This document shows positions 12,600 through 22,296 of a stretch of 23,122 nucleotides of DNA, one piece after another. The notes under the pieces were generated by a model. That model was not told where the DNA came from, searched no databases, and saw only the letters and a program-made list of their open reading frames with translations. This DNA is from Bugula neritina (Eukaryota; Animalia; Bryozoa), in NCBI GenBank assembly GCA_964035545.1, contig CAXIUT010000310.1, positions 1-23,122 on the forward strand, in the 5' to 3' direction. Within the stretch, counting starts at the first letter, position 1; each line of letters starts with the position of its first letter. A program made the position numbers and the translations under genes.

Positions 12600-13320
12600 T
12601 TTTGAGATCTTATTTAGATTTAAATATCAATTAAGTGATTTATATCATTGTTTAGTCCAAAATTAAAAGGATAGATTTCCTTTTACTTCATTGGGAAGTT
12701 CGCAACTATAAAAAGAAGACTTCCAACTCAAATTATACAACTCTTTCAAAGGAAGATCCCATTGATTACCTACATATTTGCTCTCTAAAGGTCCTTAAAA
12801 TCGAGATAACATAAAGGAGTCGATCAAATTAGTTCTTCCTTCCTCAACCTACTTGTAGTAACCTTAAAAAAATTTTAAACCACATTCCACTAAAACTGGA
12901 CCAGATTTCTTCTTCTCTACTATCTTTTCAACCAATTCTGTGTAGTATTAAAATTAAGGCAAAGTCATTAATTAATAGTATTAAGAATTAACCAGCTTTT
13001 ACAACTAAGCATGGTTATGATTTTTAGATAAAGCTATTAACTTTTGTTTCGTAGAACCTGTCAATGATTAGTATAGGTCTATTACATGGTTATCACCATA
13101 ACTTTAGCGAGAGTTATAGAGACCTTTCTCCTATCTTAGAATGACTCCTAAATAAGATAGAAAAGACCTGATGTAAGAAGGACTGAAGCAGAAGCTCTAA
13201 GAATACTAAAAGCTTGCCAATCAAGTGGAACATGAAGAATGCCATCTTTAAGAAGAAGATAATCTTTACTATTGTTAGAATAAACCAAAAAGCTAGTGGT
13301 CACTGAAGATTTTTCAATGA
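12572..13320 (+). CDS. Hypothetical protein, about 240 aa; start uncertain
   Basis: Two open frames joined by a 20-nt GT-AG intron at 13014-13033; E-rich C-terminus to TGA 13318-13320. The only nearby in-frame ATG (12572) overlaps the divergent gene. Confidence 0.5.
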
Positions 13321-13462
13321 TTTTGACAGTTTATTTAAAAAGAGTGTTTGTTTGAAAGTAGAGAGGTAACTTTGAAGTCAAGTTTGATATCATGATTTGG
13401 ATAGGAATATTATAATTAGAAATAAGGTAATATTATGAATGTAAAATATATATTTAGACTAG

Positions 13463-14323
13463 TCAGACAGAAAATAGTGAAGGCATATCTCCGAGACAAT
13501 TTTTACTTCTTTTAGTATCTTTCAAAGTACCTTTAGATCTGATATGATCCAACTCTTTATTTCCTCCATTAAATAAAATTTAAGTTAACTTTTCCCTCAC
13601 ATTCTCTCCTGTGACATTTTTTCCACTGATCATGGGTACAGAAGACAATTTCTTGTTTTTATGTCCTACTCTATGAGATTGCATGCGCTCTCCTCTTTAC
13701 TCCCTGATGACTGTATTAACTTCTGTTCTAAAAAAACATTCCTGAGGTATTTTTTTCTTCTATTTGACTTACAAAGTATCTCCATTAAAGTCAGTTGTTG
13801 TTATTGTCCCTTTTTTTCTTTATAACTTAGGTTTAGATCGCTACTTTTTCTATGCATTTATAAAATAAGTCTACAATTCGTATAGTTTCTGTTTTTTTAT
13901 TCTATATGCCTCTATCTCTGAATCTTGCTCTTAAAACTATTTCAACTTCACAAAATGAGTATTCCTTGCAAAAGGTACATAGGAACATCTATCTTTTCCT
14001 CTAGTTATATTTTGACTTGATGTTTTCTTACTTCGAAAAAATCCAGAAGTTTTATTTGGAGTTGCTGAGTGTGAAAATGGAGGATATTTGTTGGGAGAAT
14101 TTGGAAAAGAAGGAGCAGGTGGTATGTCTTTAGGTTTAGACGAAGGTTCTAGGTCTAAGAAGTTAACAATATGGGAACAGCATTGAGTAGGATAGATACC
14201 AGCAGTTTTTCTACCTTAGTTGGTAAGAGCTAGATGTTTAAGATTATTGAGATGTAATTTAGTTGCTTTATGAACAATAAAATCAGTAGTTTCTTCTGAA
14301 ATTTGAGTCGAATGAGTAAGCAT
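13463..14323 (-). CDS. Hypothetical protein, 286 aa
   Basis: Open frame MLTHSTQISEETTDFIVHKA...Pro-rich...TTTDFNGDTLEVK...PSLFSV-TGA. Confidence 0.68.
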
Positions 14324-14485
14324 GCTTTCTATAATGGAAGTATTTATCACTGAAAGGTATTTATCACTAAAGGTATTTATTCTAAAAGAAAATAACAACA
14401 GATAATATTTAATGTTATTGATGTAAAGACTCTATTAATGAAGCTGTTTTGTTTAGAAATGAAAAGAATATCGATAATAATTTAA

Positions 14486-15457
14486 ATGAATAGAAGAGTT
14501 ATAGTTCCCATCATCTCAGTTCTCATTTACCTGATCATTTACGCCTTGATTCTGCTTCTAAAACCTCCTTCCACAGACTTCATCCACTAATTTCAACAAA
14601 ACATCGAAGAACCACTTTATCATTTAACCTCATCCCACCTTAATAACTATCCTATTGAACTATCTACTCCTCTTCCAAGCTGTCTATCGAAAAAACTACC
14701 AATAAAATCAACAGAACATTTACTCTGCTAAATCCAAACTTCTTTAGAAGTGATCTATAGAAGATAGACTAAATAGATCTATCATAGCGCATAGAATATC
14801 AAAAGTGAATAAATCAATCATTACTCTTGTTATAGATCTTTTGATGAAAAATAATGGAATAGTGTATTTTTTGTATTCGCTATTGTATCTAATTCGGTCA
14901 AATAAGCTATTCCTGCTTACCTTTAAACTTTTAATATCAATCAAACTATTAAGAAATCCATAATTGAAGGACATAATCAAACTATTAGTCACTTATTCAG
15001 TCTACAAAAAACTATTATGGCCACTGATCTCTCATACTATCTAAAAAAATTAAGAATAGTTAAAAATAAGGTTGAGTTCATTCAAAAATATCAAATTCTC
15101 ACTCAAAATATAATTAATAATAGCAGTCAAAATGATAAAGGTTTGATGATCGAGAAAACTATAGCTTTAGAACATTCACTGAACATATCATTTGGACTAT
15201 AATAATCAATTTAAGACAGTTTTGAAGAACAAATAAGATTACTTTATCAACTATCGAAAACAATAAAAAAATATTACGACAACCAAGCACAAGAATAACC
15301 GATTCACATGCAATCGAAACTAGATCTAGGATAGTTTTTTTACTTCTTATTAGGAACAGGTGTAGTCATGATGTATATTCTTTGCCAAATAAATCCTCAT
15401 AAAAAGTCACGTTCTCTCTTCAAACACACACTTCCTCACAAATTTAAACTGCAATGA
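14486..15457 (+). CDS. Hypothetical membrane protein with N- and C-terminal hydrophobic helices, 323 aa
   Basis: MNRRVIVPIISVLIYLIIYALILLLK...FFYFLLGTGVVMMYILC...KFKLQ-TGA; 972-nt open frame. Confidence 0.78.
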
Positions 15458-15600
15458 TTGCAATATCAAACCCTTATAATATCACTTATAAATTCTAACT
15501 TTATCATCAAATTATAAGCCCTTTTTAATCTAATACCAGTATTGATTTATATAAATAGATTATTTAAATAGTCAAATTAATAATCTAATAAGGCGGCCAA

Positions 15601-16131
15601 ATGAGTTAATCTAGATAGTCAGACTGGGTAAAGGTCAAAACAACTCGAATTCCAGTTGATATATCCGAGACATCAAAAGGAGTCAAAGGCACTATCATCG
15701 ATCTACCTAGAACCTACCCTACAGATTTCAAACCAAGTGACATCAACATGAGGTAAGTCAAAACTAAAATTTAAGATAAAGAACACTACCTTGTTCGTAA
15801 AAATTAACTCAACAACTTTAAATAAATAACCTAAAAACACATATAAATCATATCAAAAAAGTTCCCTGAAAGCAAATTCTCAACTACTGTACCTTTCAAC
15901 TTCAACTAATCATAATATCTCTACTTTGCTATCAAAAAAGAACAAAACAAAGTCAAAATCAACCTCCTCGATGGCCTCCTCAAAGCTAAATAGTGGACTT
16001 AAAATAAAAAAACTCCTCTCTCCACTAAACAAAGAATTAAATACAATGAACTACTCGCAGATGCCAGAAGAAAAATCACAGAAGAAGACATTCTCGAAAT
16101 GTACGACTAAAATGGGTAATCCTACGAATGA
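15601..16131 (+). CDS. Hypothetical protein, 176 aa
   Basis: MSESRESDWVKVKTTRIPVDIS...ILEMYDENGESYE-TGA; 531-nt open frame with coding-like purine bias. Confidence 0.75.
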
Positions 16132-16140
16132 TACTCGCAT

Positions 16141-16236
16141 CTTATCATAAATAATCTAATTGACCTTGTCATAAATAATCTAATTGACCTTGTCATAAAT
16201 AATCTAATTGACCTTGTCATAAATAATCTAATTGAC
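16141..16236 (+). repeat. 24-nt minisatellite x4 between convergent 3' ends
   Basis: CTT(G/A)TCATAAATAATCTAATTGAC at 16141, 16165, 16189, 16213, plus a partial copy near 16245. Confidence 0.92.
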
Positions 16237-16366
16237 ACTCTCACCTTATCATAAATATATCTCATTTAGTCTCTTACACACAAATAGCACCTTACACGTA
16301 GTCATTGATATCAGAATGGTTTTAAGAAATAGAACTTGATAGGGTAAGATGTTGGATAAATGTTAA

Positions 16367-17404
16367 TCATTTGCAGTTTTTGAACTCTTGGCAACGCTCT
16401 ACTAGTCCTCCAGCTGATGTTTTGATAGCTTTTCCAGTGGCATCTGAAGGATATTGCCAATGAGCAATACCAGCGTACCATTTATGTTAATCATAGGCCT
16501 TGTTAGCATATTTTCCTAAATCTTCCATACTGATCCAACCTGTGTTAGAAGCATCAGAAGTCAATATAGGTTTAGCAACTACTATCTTCTTTAGAGGAAC
16601 TCCTCGTTTGTTCACTTCCATTACAGATGTCCCATTGAATACAGAACCAGTAGCATGAGTAAACAACTCTTAATAACTATCATATTTAGAGTCAACTTGG
16701 TTATAAAATTGCAAACTGTAGAAGTTGATCAAGTCTCCAACCTTGTCGTTAATAGTTTTATAACCTCCATTGGGGTAATATTAGTTTTTGAAGTAAGGAG
16801 CCTGAGGGCAATGACTTACAATATGATAGGGAATAACTTCTCTGAGAGCTTTAGTAAAATCGATGAGCCAAGCCTAACCTGTTCCTTTGCTCATAGCACT
16901 ATTGTCTTCCCAATCAATGTCAGCTCCATCAAGGTTGTTTTCAAGAACATATTGACCAAGAGCTCTACCACAGCGAACAGGATCTGAACCAGCTGAAGTA
17001 GGAAATTAACTATCTCCAAAAGCACTCACCATGATCTTGATATTGTGAGCATTGTATATCTTCTTAATAGCCTTTTGAATAGATTGAGTATCATTTCCAA
17101 AGGAATTTCCTTGGGCAAAATATGTATAAGCATTGGCCCAAACCATTGCTATATCTTTAGGAGCTCCAGAACAACTCCAAAATGCCAATAAAATATAGTT
17201 ATAATCATGAGGAGGAGCATACCCTGGAACTCCTAAAGCCTCAGCAATACTATCTCCATACCATGACTTGATTCGGTCAATATAAGCCAGTCTAATTGGG
17301 TAGTTGTTTTTGGACAAGGTAGGAGTTTTATCTTTTAACCGACGGTTAATGAAGAAAGCCTGCATGCTGAAAACAAGCACCAACAGCAACACTACTCTCA
17401 ACAT
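16367..17404 (-). CDS. Secreted GH18 chitinase, 345 aa, no intron
   Basis: Signal peptide MLRVVLLLVLVFSMQA; YNYILLAFW; KIMVSAFG; catalytic NNLDGADIDWED (DxxDxDxE); SHCPQAPYF; FYSLQFYNQ; KIVVAKP; WYAGIAHWQY. Confidence 0.95.
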
Positions 17405-17545
17405 AACTTTATTGGTATGATTATTTATCAAAAATTAAAGCTTATCTCCTTATTACGCCTTATTAAATCATCCTCTTTTAAAAATTACTTCTCTATCATA
17501 TCAAAAATAAGACAAAAATATTTTAAACATTCAAATAACAAAAGA

Positions 17546-17679
17546 CATCATCTCAAAAGCAACTGGCACATCATCTCAAAAGCAACTGATACAAATAATC
17601 TCAAAAAGTCAACTGATACAAATCATCTCAAAAAGTCAACTGATACAAATCATCTCAAAAAGTCAATTGGTACACATCA
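17546..17679 (+). repeat. About five 23-27 nt tandem units overlapping the stop codon of the TLDc gene
   Basis: ATCATCTCAAAAAGTCAACTGATACAA-type units. On the minus strand they re-encode ...TTG ACT TTT TGA. Confidence 0.85.
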
Positions 17680-20600
17680 TATTCTTCTAGTTCAAATTTT
17701 TCGTTTTTGAACAGTTTTTTTATTTTTCCAGTTGAAGATTAATAACTACAAGGAAAACAACTACTATTGACTACTGCTCCATCAGATATAACCAAATCTC
17801 CATCTCCAATCATAGGACCTTCCACCCAACTGACTCCAGCAGCTCGATCTCCATTTTTTAACCTACAAAACTCACTTTCCTGAGGACTAAATAAAAAGCT
17901 CAGCTTCCTGGAATCCTTCACATAGCCTCCAAACACTCCATTACACTTGCTCATGTCAAAACCTTCCTCATTATAGAAATATATTTTCTTTTTCTCTTTT
18001 TTTTCCATAATAACCAACAGCAATTGCCTTCTATCCAAAAGACTCTCATAAAAGCACCTAGAACTGAACTTACTGTGACTTCCTCTAAAAATAGGTAGTA
18101 TTTTTTTAACTGTTCTATTTTGATGAGTTTTGAAATAATCACCTATCTTCTTCTTATGTTCAGTACTAATCAATTCTTCACTGTGACTTCCTCTAAAAAT
18201 AGGTAGTATTTTTTTAACTGTTCTATTTTGATGAGTTTTGAAATAATCACCTATCTTCTTCTTATGTTCAGTACTCATCAATTCTTCACTACCCTTCAAG
18301 TCTAGTATAAACTATACTCCATTCTTTTTTTTCTTTTTATAAATATTTTATCTTTGCTTACAAAAGTGTCTACCTGTTGAAAGTCTAATTGACTTCTGTC
18401 TGGATTTGTTTTAAATCTTTAAGCATGTCTTTGAGTTGTTTTCTTTCAGACGGAACTAAATTCAAACCTTTTGCTAGTTCATTTAAAGATAATTTACAAT
18501 ATCTTTTATAATCGACCATTTTGTCCTATGAAACGATCTTGAATTACTTGGATTTATCTTCATCCATGTTCTCAAGCTACATTATTTATTTTCTAAATTA
18601 TTTGCCAGTCAATGATCCAAAAACAAACAAACTCACCTTCCAAATATCATTTAATCGAACATCCTTTAAAAAATAAAGACTTAAAAATAAATTAAGGAGA
18701 AACATATCGAAGAGAACGACCTACTAAAGCTGACTTCTTCAATCGATTGCTTTCTTTTTTCTTTATTTACTCCAAATCTTCTTCTTAGGTTTCTCTCCAG
18801 TGCTTGAACCAATGACCAGCTACTTTAGCTCTTTCTTTTTGCATAAATAATATTTAATCAACATTATGAGGAAAAAAAAGCCATTTGATGTTAATGAAGA
18901 ACAGATACAGCTTTCACCAATTATATTGACAACTTTACTCTTCTAATAAAATCTTATTTAGTTTTAATTTAGCCTTCTAATTGATTTTTATCAAATCTAG
19001 CTAATTCTCCTTCTGCCAGTAGCTGTAATAAAACTTACTTCCCAGCTTTTAAGGTTGGTTTACCTTATTGGATTTTGTTTTATCCTTATTTCCTAGCCTA
19101 TTATTTTATTTTGATAAAAACACCCAAATAACCCATAACTAAACATAAATTGATTTTAGATATTTTATTTATGCTTTTCATCATCTTTGCTTTTTACTCT
19201 TCGATTATCTCCTTTTTGTTCTATACAACTATACTTTCTATCACAGTTAAATTAACTCTAACATCCTCTCCTGAACCGAATATCTCTCTCTTTGAACCTT
19301 TGTCCTACTTCTATTATTGTTATTATTTTTATTATTGTTATTTTAGAATAGTCCTATTTTATTTTTATGATAGAACTTTTTTCTAAATATCAGATGATTA
19401 TTATCGAATAGGTAATATAATATTTTATTGAGTTTATTGATTATTTTTTTTAAAAATTTGTGATTTATTGAACTTATTCTATTTTCCTTTATGGTTTAAT
19501 TTCAATTTAAGAAGTAGCTATTTGACCAGCAATTTCCTTCTTGTTCTTTTGAACTTATTCTATTTTCCTTTATGGTTTAATTTCAATTTAAGAAGTAGCT
19601 ATTTGACCAGCAATTTCCTTCTTGTTCTTTTGAACTTATTCTATTTTCCTTTATGGTTTAATTTCAATTTAAGAAGTAGCTATTTGACCAGCAATTTCCT
19701 TCTTGTTCTTTTGAACTTATTCTATTTTCCTTTATGGTTTAATTTCAATTTAAGAAGTAGCTATTTGACCAGCAATTTCCTTCTTGTTCTTTTGAACTTA
19801 TTCTATTTTCCTTTATGGTTTAATTTCAATTTAAGAAGTAGCTATTTGACCAGCAATTTCCTTCTTGTTCTTTTGAACTTATTCTATTTTCCTTTATGGT
19901 TTAATTTCAATTTAAGAAGTAGCTATTTGACCAGCAATTTCCTTCTTGTTCTTTTGAACTTATTCTATTTTCCTTTATGGTTTAATTTCAATTTAAGAAG
20001 TAGCTATTTGACCAGCAATTTCCTTCTTGTTCTTTTGAACTTATTCTATTTTCCTTTATGGTTTAATTTCAATTTAAGAAGTAGCTATTTGACCAGCAAT
20101 TTCCTTCTTGTTCTTTTGAACTTATTCTATTTTCCTTTATGGTTTAATTTCAATTTAAGAAGTAGCTATTTGACCAGCAATTTCCTTCTTGTTCTTTTGA
20201 ACTTATTCTATTTTCCTTTATGGTTTAATTTCAATTTAAGAAGTAGCTATTTGACCAGCAATTTCCTTCTTGTTCTTTTGAACTTATTCTATTTTCCTTT
20301 ATGGTTTAATTTCAATTTAAGAAGTAGCTATTTGACCAGCAATTTCCTTCTTGTTCTTTTGAACTTATTCTATTTTCCTTTATGGTTTAATTTCAATTTA
20401 AGAAGTAGCTATTTGACCAGCAATTTCCTTCTTGTTCTTTTGAACTTATTCTATTTTCCTTTATGGTTTAATTTCAATTTAAGAAGTAGCTATTTGACCA
20501 GCAATTTCCTTCTTGTTCTTTTTGAACTTATTCTATTTTCCTTTATGGTTTAATTTCAATTTAAGAAGTAGCTATTTGACCAGCAATTTCCTTCTTGTTC

Positions 20601-21001
20601 TTTTGAACTTATTCTATTTTCCTTTATGGTTTAATTTCAATTTAAGAAGTAGCTATTTGACCAGCAATTTCCTTCTTGTTCTTTTGAACTTATTCTATTT
20701 TCCTTTATGGTTTAATTTCAATTTAAGAAGTAGCTATTTGACCAGCAATTTCCTTCTTGTTCTTTTGAACTTATTCTATTTTCCTTTAAGAAATAGCTCT
20801 CTAATTGCTAACTTAATTCTTATGTTATAGACCAGTTTTATTTTATGGAGTTATTATTTATTGATTATTTTAGACAATACTTTGAACAATATTGTCAGGA
20901 GGAATTGAAGTCTTTTCTATCAGAGTTTATTCTTGTGAAGATGGAGTAAGTGGTATTTATGATTGTGACTGTTTCTTCAATTGATTCAATTGATTAATCA
21001 T
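17655..21001 (-). CDS. Multidomain protein: 27-aa repeat array + pseudokinase + coiled coil + TLDc, about 1113 aa after five +1 frame corrections
   Basis: ATG at 21001 (MINQLNQLKKQ); 16 x QKNKKEIAGQIATSEIEIKPERKIEEV; kinase-like RVKLSIELVKAVSVLHEHQMAFFPHNVDEILF, AKVAGHW, GRSLRYVSPE, NDIWK; TLDc IFRGSHSKFSSRCFYE, SFLFS, GPMIGDGDLVISD, FELEEYDVYQL-TGA. 3347-5=3342 nt is divisible by 3. Confidence 0.7.
18072..18290 (-). repeat. In-frame 108-nt tandem duplication at the start of the TLDc domain
   Basis: SEEL(M/I)STEHKKKIGDYFKTHQNRTVKKILPIFRGSH occurs twice, nearly identical at DNA level. Confidence 0.95.
19468..20787 (-). repeat. 81-nt coding tandem repeat, 16 full copies plus a partial copy
   Basis: Identical units start every 81 nt from 19468. 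The only variant seen is one extra T at about 20521. Confidence 0.98.
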
Positions 21002-21116
21002 CTATTAAAACTATTTATATATGATAACTAATGAGATAAAGTAGGTAACCCATTTTAAGAAATTATTTATCAGTTATTTCAGAATGTTTAACTTTTAGTA
21101 TTTAATGATATACATA

Positions 21117-21699
21117 TCATTTTATATTATGCTTATTTTCTGAGGCTAGAACTCCAATCATAAAAGTAGCAAAAGTACCAAAAGTACTAAAAACAAATAA
21201 ATAAAATAGACAAATGTTATTTTTACCTGCACATTTTCCAATCCACATACAATGATGGTCAAAAACCCCTTATACAAACATCACATTGCTGACAATGTCT
21301 TGAGTCGATAGGTCGATATCCATTACATTTAGGACACAGCTTCTCATTGCTCTCTACGTTTCCTTCAGAAAGAAGAGTTTTGTTTTTAGGAATAATGCCA
21401 GGATTAGAAAATCCAACCATCATATAGCTCATCATAAATATAATTATGCCAACTAAAATCACTACTTTCCATGAGTGAAAGAGTCTGTCTTGGGATCTAA
21501 TGAATAAAAAGACAAATAAAAAAGATAAGAAGAGAAATCCGCAAAAGAAAACAGCATCTTTGATAAGATTAGAGTTACAGTGAGGACCAAGAGTGCAGAT
21601 AGGCTGATCATTGCAAATAAATATACCTTTATTAGCTCCATACTAGGAAAAAGTCTCTTCTTTTTGCTATTATTGTTCAAGACTCTGTTCATTATTCAT
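21117..21699 (-). CDS. DHHC palmitoyltransferase, about 186 aa, with one apparent +1 frameshift
   Basis: [16 protein letters not shown], probable 21-nt intron at 21558-21578, two TM helices, [48 protein letters not shown], then a TM helix. An extra base at 21261-21269 splits GF from DHHC. Confidence 0.88.
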
Positions 21700-21844
21700 A
21701 GATGTTATATTTTGTTTTGATTATTAAGACTCTGTTCATTATTCATAGATGTTATCAAAGATCTAGATGTGATTAACATTATTCATAGATATTATATTTG
21801 TTATGATTAAAAATTGAAAGACTTCTTTAGATTGTATCATCAAA

Positions 21845-21925
21845 GGGGTTGGGGTTGGGGTTGGGGTTGGGGTTGGGGTTGGGGTTGGGGTTGGGGTTGG
21901 GGTTGGGGTTGGGGTTGGGGTTGGG
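21845..21925 (+). repeat. Internal telomere tract (GGGGTT)n, 81 nt
   Basis: Perfect G4T2 units ending TTGGG, followed by unique sequence. Confidence 0.98.
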
Positions 21926-22043
21926 ATTTGTCTTTCAAAATTAAAAACATGACTAAAATCTTATTCATCTCTATATACTAATTTACTAAAACCTTTTGAT
22001 TATTAAAATGAATTGAAATGTTCTTGTCTTTAGCAATCACCTT

Positions 22044-22213
22044 AACTCTTCAACTATTACAACCACAACTTGAACTCTTCAACTACTACAATCTCTTTCA
22101 ACACTTCAACTACTACAATCTCTTTCAACACTTCAACTACTACAATCACTTTCAACTCTTCAACTACTACAATCACTTTCAACACTTCAACTATTACAAC
22201 CACAACTTGAACT
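22044..22213 (+). repeat. 27/30-nt minisatellite, about six units
   Basis: CTTCAACTACTACAATC(T/A)CTTTCAAC(A/T) x4, flanked on both sides by CTTCAACTATTACAACCACAACTTGAACT. Confidence 0.9.
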
Positions 22214-22296
22214 AGAAACAATCAATAGTTGACATAGATAATTAAGGTTTAATAAAATTTGATAAAATAATAGAGAATTAATCAAGAAATATAGCA

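Noticed and set aside
12763-13020. In-frame TGA codons suggesting UGA=Trp or Sec readthrough
   Set aside because: TGA 13018-13020 lies inside a 20-nt GT-AG intron, and the upstream exon uses another frame with no TGA.
19048-19062. TAAACCAACCTTAAA on the minus strand, resembling the Tetrahymena chromosome breakage sequence
   Set aside because: It mismatches a conserved C, lies inside coding sequence, occurs once and is not at a telomere junction.
19468-20830. Plus-strand 361-aa and 105-aa hydrophobic repeat ORFs, or a CRISPR-like array
   Set aside because: These are the antisense shadow of the minus-strand coding repeat. Units are contiguous with no unique spacers, and there are no cas genes.
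5943-21925. Telomere-bearing transposon (TBE/Tel-like) bounded by the internal tracts
   Set aside because: The tracts are direct, not inverted. No transposase, terminal inverted repeats or target duplication were found, and the content is ordinary cellular genes.
21814-21938. 9-bp inverted repeat TTGAAAGAC / GTCTTTCAA flanking the internal telomere tract
   Set aside because: Short, asymmetric, AT-rich and absent at the other junctions; compatible with chance.
783-22215. Most ORF-track entries (e.g. 783-1013, 1917-2156, 2458-2742, 5580-5831, 16655-16987, 21462-21692)
   Set aside because: They were computed with TAA/TAG as stops. They are off-frame, antisense or fragments of the genes called above.
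22018-22215. 65-aa ORF over the 27-nt minisatellite
   Set aside because: Openness is explained by the 3n repeat period; no domain or convincing gene boundaries.
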